Translations under genes and position numbers: made by a program
NCBI GenBank assembly: GCA_905178155.1
Contig: CAJINV010000011.1
Coordinates: forward strand, 72,154 to 136,153
Length of the DNA stretch: 64,000 nt
Direction of reading: 5' to 3'
Source: Amoebophrya sp. A120
Taxonomy: Eukaryota > Protista > Dinoflagellata
Part shown: in pieces, positions 57,435-64,000 of the stretch
How positions within the stretch are numbered: the first letter of the stretch is position 1
Layout of the letters: each line of letters begins with the position of its first letter
Notes under the pieces: model-generated
What the model was told of the DNA's origin: nothing
Database searches by the model: none
What the model saw: the letters and a program-made list of their open reading frames with translations, nothing else

Positions 57435-59730
57435 CTTGTAGCCAACGGCGCGGACGGAGCTGAGTCGCTGGGCGAAAGAATAGTATGAAAATACGCTTGA
57501 AGATTTTTTGAGAGCAAATTTTGCTCGCAAACACAAATAATGAAATCTATTTTAGCGAAAGACGCTATGCCTGCAGTCTGCTTTACAATTCTGCCCGTAC
57601 GAGGACAAGGCTACGTAGCCGGGAAAAGCAAAACTGTATAAGGAATCGGAAATGAAACTCAATATCTCTTGCAGCACCAGGTGCTCCTGAACCTGCTTTC
57701 TTGATCTTGTATGAGGGCAATTATATGAATCGGCTCCACTCGCATCCTTGCTGAAAAAAAAACGCGATTGCGCAAAAATACAGTTATCTGGATGTAGCAT
57801 CATTGACGCATCAAAACAATTATCCATCGCCCCAGCGGGAAGTAGATCATGTTGTACTAGTGTAGTAAGAGAAGTAACAGTAAGTTGCCGCCACAGACAT
57901 GGTAGATGCATTGATATTGGATCATTTGCCACCACGCAGATAGCTCCAGTGACGCCGGTCTATAGGCGGCCCTCGTGTCGCGCCTAAACTAGATACAAAT
58001 GGTTCAGAGATCTTATTATGTCAGCGTTTTCTCTTGTTTGTCTTCGGGCTATTCAACAGTTGTTCACCGTAAAAGACACGCCTCAATAATACGATACCAA
58101 TGATCCAAAAAAGCACTGTCAGAGTCGTCTCCTCGGGCTGTTCAATACAGAGATCGTGGCACCAGAGGATTAAATACCTGGCATCACAGCTCTTGTTCGT
58201 TGCTAGCAAGGACAATGTTCTCGCAGCTGTGGCTGCCTATTCAAATTCATTTGGATCTTTCTTTCTTACATTTTTTACACACACGAGAAGTAGGTGTCTT
58301 AGGCTGGTGTCGTGGTAGTGACTGTTGAACCAGGACGGAGGGTGGAAAATCCGTTGCAATCGCAAAGCCATCCAATAGAAATCTCGGTGGAGACTTAGCA
58401 GATGAAGAATACTTATATTGAGATCCATACCTTCGGAATATTGAGATCCACACGTTCCGTAAATTCTGACTTGCTAATACTCAAAATATTTGCGTGGAGC
58501 TGCTCTCTAGAGCGAAAATCCGGAACAGGTTCGCGTGTTCCTTCTATAAGTACCGTAAGAAGTGCTTTTTAAAGGAAATGAGAAGCTTGTATTTCATTCT
58601 TCATCTAAAACGAAGGCAAGGTACCGCTGAAAGACGAAGGAGCCTTTATCAGTAGCGAAACATCAAGACGATTTTGATCGTCTTGCTCGGGCTGCTGAGA
58701 CATGTGGTCACTTCGAACCGGTGTTCATCGGACCCCAAGGAATCTATTACTTTCTTTTGTTTCTGACCAAAAGAACGAGAACCGGGTCTACGATGCGACA
58801 TATGCGCAGCGGGCTTTGATAAGAGTTGTAAGTTCTAGTTCTTCTAATTGCAATTTCAGTTCTCTAAATTTTCGATCTGACCTTTTATTTTTCTACAAGA
58901 AACGACCAAAGGCAAAAGCAAAACGATTAACAGCAAAATGAACGAGATCTGAATGCCCTTTGCGCCACACACGGTGTACATCGACGAAATCACAAATTCC
59001 TCCAACGGACCTATTTCCGAAAGCGAAATCTTAGCATTCTCTAAAACCAAACTACGTAGAGTCTCTCTCTGATGCTACTAGCATGTACTTACTAGATGTA
59101 TCTTTCTTGATGCTCTTTTCTGTCACAATTGCAATTGGAAGTGGTGACTTCCGTTCTGGTTTCTGCATCGACATCGACATCCCTCTTAGTACTACTTTTC
59201 TTTCGTACGACTAACCTCTGATGATTGCGTACATGATTTCTGACGTCCGTGTGGGAAATGCGCTAGCGAAGACGAACACTTCCAGATAGACTAGCAACGC
59301 CGAGCTGAGTGCCACCCTCGATAAAATTTCACCTACTGGTGTACCAGGACCTTCACCTTGCAAGCATGTACCAGATGCTCTCTGTGTATTCAAGTCTGAG
59401 AAAGAGAAATGTGCTCATGCGGTCCTCAGGAACCCACCGTCCTGTTCCTCGCCATGTGCGTCTCGAAGAGTGAAATTCCGCCTCTATTCCTGATCAGACT
59501 TTGTCGCGAAGTACTGGATCAGCGCTCGACAATGCCGAGATCTAGGGTACCGTGGTACTGCGACTAAAATGGCCTCCGCGGCTTTGGACAGGTTTGCTGC
59601 ATCCGCCGTCTCGTCGCCCGCCTGCCAGCTCTCTCATATGCTACGAAAACACGCCCTTCCCTGCAAGCCGGTAGTACGTAATGCAAAATATGCGTGCAGT
59701 GTCAGTTGATGTTGAAGGATTAGGATATAT

Positions 59731-62700
59731 TCAAGTAACTCGACACTTCAACATCTTCTCTTTGTACTGATGGTTAGGAGGGGTCGTGTCTTTACACAAG
59801 ATACGCCAGTAGATCGACCTTCTCTGCAGCTCCAATGCAACCGCCGTCTCCAAATCGCGTCGCGGCGTAACGCCGTCATGCAGATTGAAACGTAGCACCC
59901 TACGGCACAGTATGCAGTGCAAACGTGTAGTTGTCCGGGTGTGGAAAAGTGCGAGGTGTGACGCGTGTTTTACAGTTCTGGAAAATATGCGTTGCATGAC
60001 CGACATCACAAGCGATAGTTGTTTTGTCATGCGAAAACGCAGCTTGTCATGCGTACTAGGGATGAGAAAGCGAAAGCGTTCTAAATCTGTCCTGCTTCTT
60101 GGCCGGAGGGCCTTTAGCAGTGCTGCACTCATCCATAAGTAGCCCAGCATCACAAGTTTCCAGAGCACCCAGACGTACTATATTTGCATTTGATATGCAG
60201 ACGATCCTCCGAGAGCGTCGGGTCCCAGAAGTCCTCGTGCGGAGCAGAGACGATCATGAGGTCGTACTATCGCGAGAAGAAAGTGTTTCGCTGATAACTC
60301 GCAATGCCGAATAAAATGTCTTGATACACATTTTCGTTCGTGTTGCTACACTTACAAGGCAGTGGATTTGCAGTTATGTCGTACCTTGTTTGGGACGAGC
60401 GCACGGCAAGTTTTCTTTGTTTATGTGTACTTAAAAGAGGACTTGTGATGCAGAGGGTCATAACAGTAATGTAACAAAACAATTTTCTCCTACGATACGT
60501 ACTGATTTGGGACAAACAGGTCGAGGAGGAAACGCGAAGCTTCGCGGGCTTTCTGCGGCACGTGGTCCGTCGTACTGCGCTGCTTGTCGCCCACCGCCCG
60601 CGGCTCGAGTCCTTCGAACATAGTCTCCAATTTCGCTGTCGCGATGCACACCGCTCTCCGATGGAAAAGTTCGGTCGCGCCTTCCAGAGCTGCAAGCTCG
60701 CACCCCTGACAGTGGATCTTCAAGTAGGTGAGCGCTTCCCCAGCGCCGGCAAAGGTACTAACGGCGGCGTCCGTTAGTGCGACAGGAGGCGCTGCCACTG
60801 CAGGGGCCGCGAGACTGCGTCCGGGACCCGTAAACCAATCCGACAAAGTAGTAGCGCGCACAACGTCGTAGTGGTCGCACTCCTGCGCGTCAGGCCGCAG
60901 GATGCAGGCGGAGGCGTCCTGAACTTTCTTTTGCCGCTTCGTGTGAAAGAACGAGTCCGAGGTCGCGTAGCTCTCCGCTGTGGAAAAGGGGTTCAGGTAG
61001 ATCGTGTGCAGGTCTTCCGCATCTGGAATGCGCATTTTCGGGATCTTCGGCGTCCTTGCGTCTACTTGTATTTCGGACGCACCCTCGGAAGTAGTTCCGG
61101 CTGTAGTTGTAACATCGCCGGTCGTTTCATCCGCCGTGCCGTCCTTCTGGTCTGGCTTCTTCGCAGTTCTTCGCGCAACCACCATTTTTTGCACCACGCG
61201 CACTCGTTTTTCCCAGCCGTTGGCCCTCACCGTGCGCTGGAAGGCGGCCACTGCGAGCTTGCTCGGCTCAAAAACCACGGCTTGCGCGTCGGGAAACTTG
61301 CGGAGCGCGTGTATGATGCAATCCCCTTGGTGCGCGCCAACCTCAACAAAGACGAAGGGAGAATCGCCACTCGCTCGCTCCTCCGACGCGGCGAGGTCTC
61401 GGTCCGGGAAGACCGGTGTAGCGTCGACAAGGCGGATGAACAGTCCATCCGTGCAGAACGGTCTTTGGCCACCATTCACGCGCACGTTGTTGCCAACAGA
61501 GTCGTAGAACGGCACCGTGAAAAACTGTGACAGGCCTCGCGCTCCGAGAAACAACGCACTGGCCGCAAGCCCCAGAGCGGAAAGCAGTGAAAGCACTGGA
61601 AAGGTCGGCCACTGCTTGTGTGCGTGAGGGGAACCAAAAAGCACCAGATCCGACAGAGGGTTGCTTGACGTCTCCAGGGCGCGCTCCAGAAAACTCTGCG
61701 CCTTCGCAATGTGCCGACGTGCGTCTTGCTGGACTTGTTTGCCACTTGCAACATCTACCGAAAGCAGGGTGGGGGCGTCGTGGGCAAGTAGGCTGTGTGC
61801 GGCTGCCAGATGTACTGTAGCCTGCCTGAAGCAGGCGACAAAGGTCTTCGTTGGGGCCGGCAAGTACTCGGTTGTACTCTCGTCCTGTTTTCGCGAATCT
61901 GCCTGCCATTCCCACATGATGGCTTTCTTGGTAAATTGGGAGATCGTGCTGTTGCCACCACCGAAAATGGACCGCAAAAAGTCCACATCACAGGTGTGCG
62001 GGGCAGCAAAGTCCAGAAAAATCTGCGCTGAAATGCGGTCGTTGCGGGTCAGCGCCCTGCTGATGTGACTGATCAGAGTCCGGTCCTGCCTTCTTTCCTT
62101 CTCCGAGACCCACTGGTGTATTCGGCAGACCGCGCAAGAGCTTCCGGGACCGAACCCAACAGTCTGCGGCTGCGAAGAGTGTAGTTGCTGCTGAGTGCGA
62201 AATATGCATTGCGAAACAAATGTCGCCTTCGCACAAGAACTAGTACCAAGTGCATAGCAGAACGAATAATCGAATTTGTCATGCATAGGAAGAAAAAAAA
62301 ACAGGTCTGTCATGCAAGAGCCGCATTTGATTTCGTACGAGTGCGATTGCGAGACTTGTTTTGCACACGATAGTACGAAGCGCGTTCCATTCGCTCGGCT
62401 TGATGCCACCAAACGGACCCCATCCGAACGCAGCCGGCTCCTTGCCCACCAGCACAGTATCGGACCACGTCTGTGCGAGCCCGTCGATGATGGAGAAGAG
62501 CTGCCATTGGCCGGCGAGAAGGAGGTCGTACAGGGTCAGAGACTTGCTGCGCCACAAGGCGGCGAAAATGACCTCCGTCACGCGCAAGTGGTAGTGCAGG
62601 TCGTGAAAATAGACGTCCAGTTCGCGAAACGAGGTCTTGCCCTGAAACCGGTGCACCCCCATTTGCAGCACCGTGCCCGATATGCATAATGCAAATATCC

Positions 62701-64000
62701 CTGGATCATGTCTGGAGATGATTTGTGACGCTGAACTGTGGATCATGAGGAGGACTCTTCCGAATGCAGCCAATGGCACGACAAGTTCGCAGAACGCTTT
62801 CTCAAACGCAATCCGCACTTTTCCATGACAAAAGAATCTACACTTCTTTATGAGACTTCACTGCGGTTTTTTATGACAAAAGAATCTGAGTGACTTCGTT
62901 TTGTTGGTCCCCCTGCAACACAGATTTCACAAGAATGGAAGCTCAGCATTACAAGCTCCACCTTTCCAGACCCAGATCGAGATTTGCATTTGGTACCCGA
63001 GGTAGCGGACGCCGCAAACTCACCGAGAATGCAGTGTCGTCGGTCCGACCGCTTCAGCACCTTGCCGGCAACCGACTTGTCTGCTGGTGTTGCAAAGAGC
63101 ACCTGCCGCTTCCAGAGCTTCCAAAAACGTTCCTCTTCGCTGCCGATTACCAGCCCGTGCTCGCAATTTAAGGCCTTCTGGACGAGCTCTTCTCGCCAGC
63201 GGTATTGTATGCCACAGAGAAATACTACTATTACACCATCAATTTGCACTACTACACCGTCAATTTGCTAGAAATAATGAACGGAATTTCTGCTGCTCTT
63301 TCGCTGTTACTAGGATTAGATCAGATATTTTGAGGTGTTCAGCATGACAAAGTTTTATATTATTTTGGTCCTTCGTAATCGTAAAAATCGATGAAGCCCG
63401 TTTGTTGCAAACAGCATTTTCCGTGACAGCAGACCGCGTCTTTGGCTATCTCCGCATCACTACAAAGGCTCTTACCGCACGACTATAGCAACACAAAGCT
63501 ACAAATATGTTTTTTTTCTGGTGCAAATTCTCGTGCAAATGACTTTTCTGTAGGATATATCTGTCGCAGCAAACTGCCGCCATCGATGAGCAGGCGGCGT
63601 AGAAGTCGCTCCGACCGTACAAACGAACCAGAGCATCGTGGTCGAGGCAGCATACCGGCCACTCCAGCGTCGTCGCGTTGTTTTGCCGCTTGTGCGGATA
63701 TCGACTAAAAATATGCCTGAGTGTGAGTGAAGCTTGTAATGCTAAAAGCGAATAAGAATGGTGAGCGCACTGCAATACGCAGCCAGGCATTACAAGACTT
63801 TCCGCTGCTATGTTTTGCGCCTTCCGCATGGCGTGACAAAGTGCGTTTTTGCATGATAGGTAAGAGGGCCGTCTCGGTCGTACCTAGACATCACAGATTG
63901 TCGATTCATATCAGACATGCATGGCGAATGCAACAATCTTCCAGGCCCAGACACATTTGCATTCGATAGCGGAGGTACGAGGCAGGCGTCGCCCGTCGAG
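59731..64000 (-). CDS. FkbM-family SAM-dependent methyltransferase, multi-exon, 5' end outside the window
   Basis: VFVEVGAHQGDC, VVFEPS, RTVRANGW and YLKIHCQGCELAALEGA motifs in ORF 60490-62412. Six introners restore frame (DRY|RWRE, TSG|TVLQ, ALR|TQQQ, NQY|DLMI, DRL|CRRV). Confidence 0.8.
59911..60195. mobile_element. Introner, family A
   Basis: TATGCAGTGCAAAC...ATTTGCATTTGATA; direct repeat CACAG/TGCAG; frame restored. Confidence 0.82.
60268..60497. mobile_element. Introner, family E
   Basis: TATCGCGAGAAGAAAGTGTTT...AAACAATTTTCTCCTACGATA; direct repeat CGTAC/CGTAC. Confidence 0.85.
62203..62375. mobile_element. Introner (degenerate)
   Basis: TATGCATTGCGAAACAAATGTCGC...GCGAGACTTGTTTTGCACACGATAGTA; direct repeat CGAAA/CGAAG; frame restored. 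Confidence 0.75.
62681..62995. mobile_element. Introner, family A
   Basis: TATGCATAATGCAAAT...ATTTGCATTTGGTA; direct repeat CCCGA/CCCGA. Confidence 0.88.
63208..63557. mobile_element. Introner (separate or degenerate family) containing a 20-bp tandem duplication
   Basis: TATGCCACAGAGAAAT...ACTTTTCTGTAGGATA; direct repeat TATTG/TATCT; frame restored. Confidence 0.7.
63699..63968. mobile_element. Introner, family A
   Basis: Right end TTCCAGGCCCAGACACATTTGCATTCGATA; direct repeat GCGGA/GCGGA. Confidence 0.85.

Overview
Eukaryotic genomic DNA. All eight gene models I can build lie on the minus strand. The main feature is about 44 short (119-350 bp) non-autonomous elements with terminal inverted repeats, falling into at least 5 families. 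They begin TA(T), end (A)TA, are flanked by 5-bp direct repeats and all sit within the gene models. In about 40 cases, removing the element plus one repeat copy rejoins the flanking ORFs in frame, so they behave as introns (introners). Only about 5 can be read as GT-AG on exact excision. This architecture resembles the non-canonical introner-rich, co-oriented genomes of the parasitic dinoflagellate Amoebophrya (Syndiniales); that assignment is an inference. The genes are: an unknown protein; a DUSP11/capping-enzyme-type RNA 5'-triphosphatase with a long low-complexity N-terminus; a divergent partial clathrin heavy chain with an internal duplication; a SnoaL/NTF2-like protein; a giant NRPS-like A-T-C gene; two tandem paralogues of an unrecognised, probably secreted family; and a FkbM-family methyltransferase. 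No transposase, rRNA, tRNA or CRISPR array was seen. Gene models are hand-spliced and approximate.
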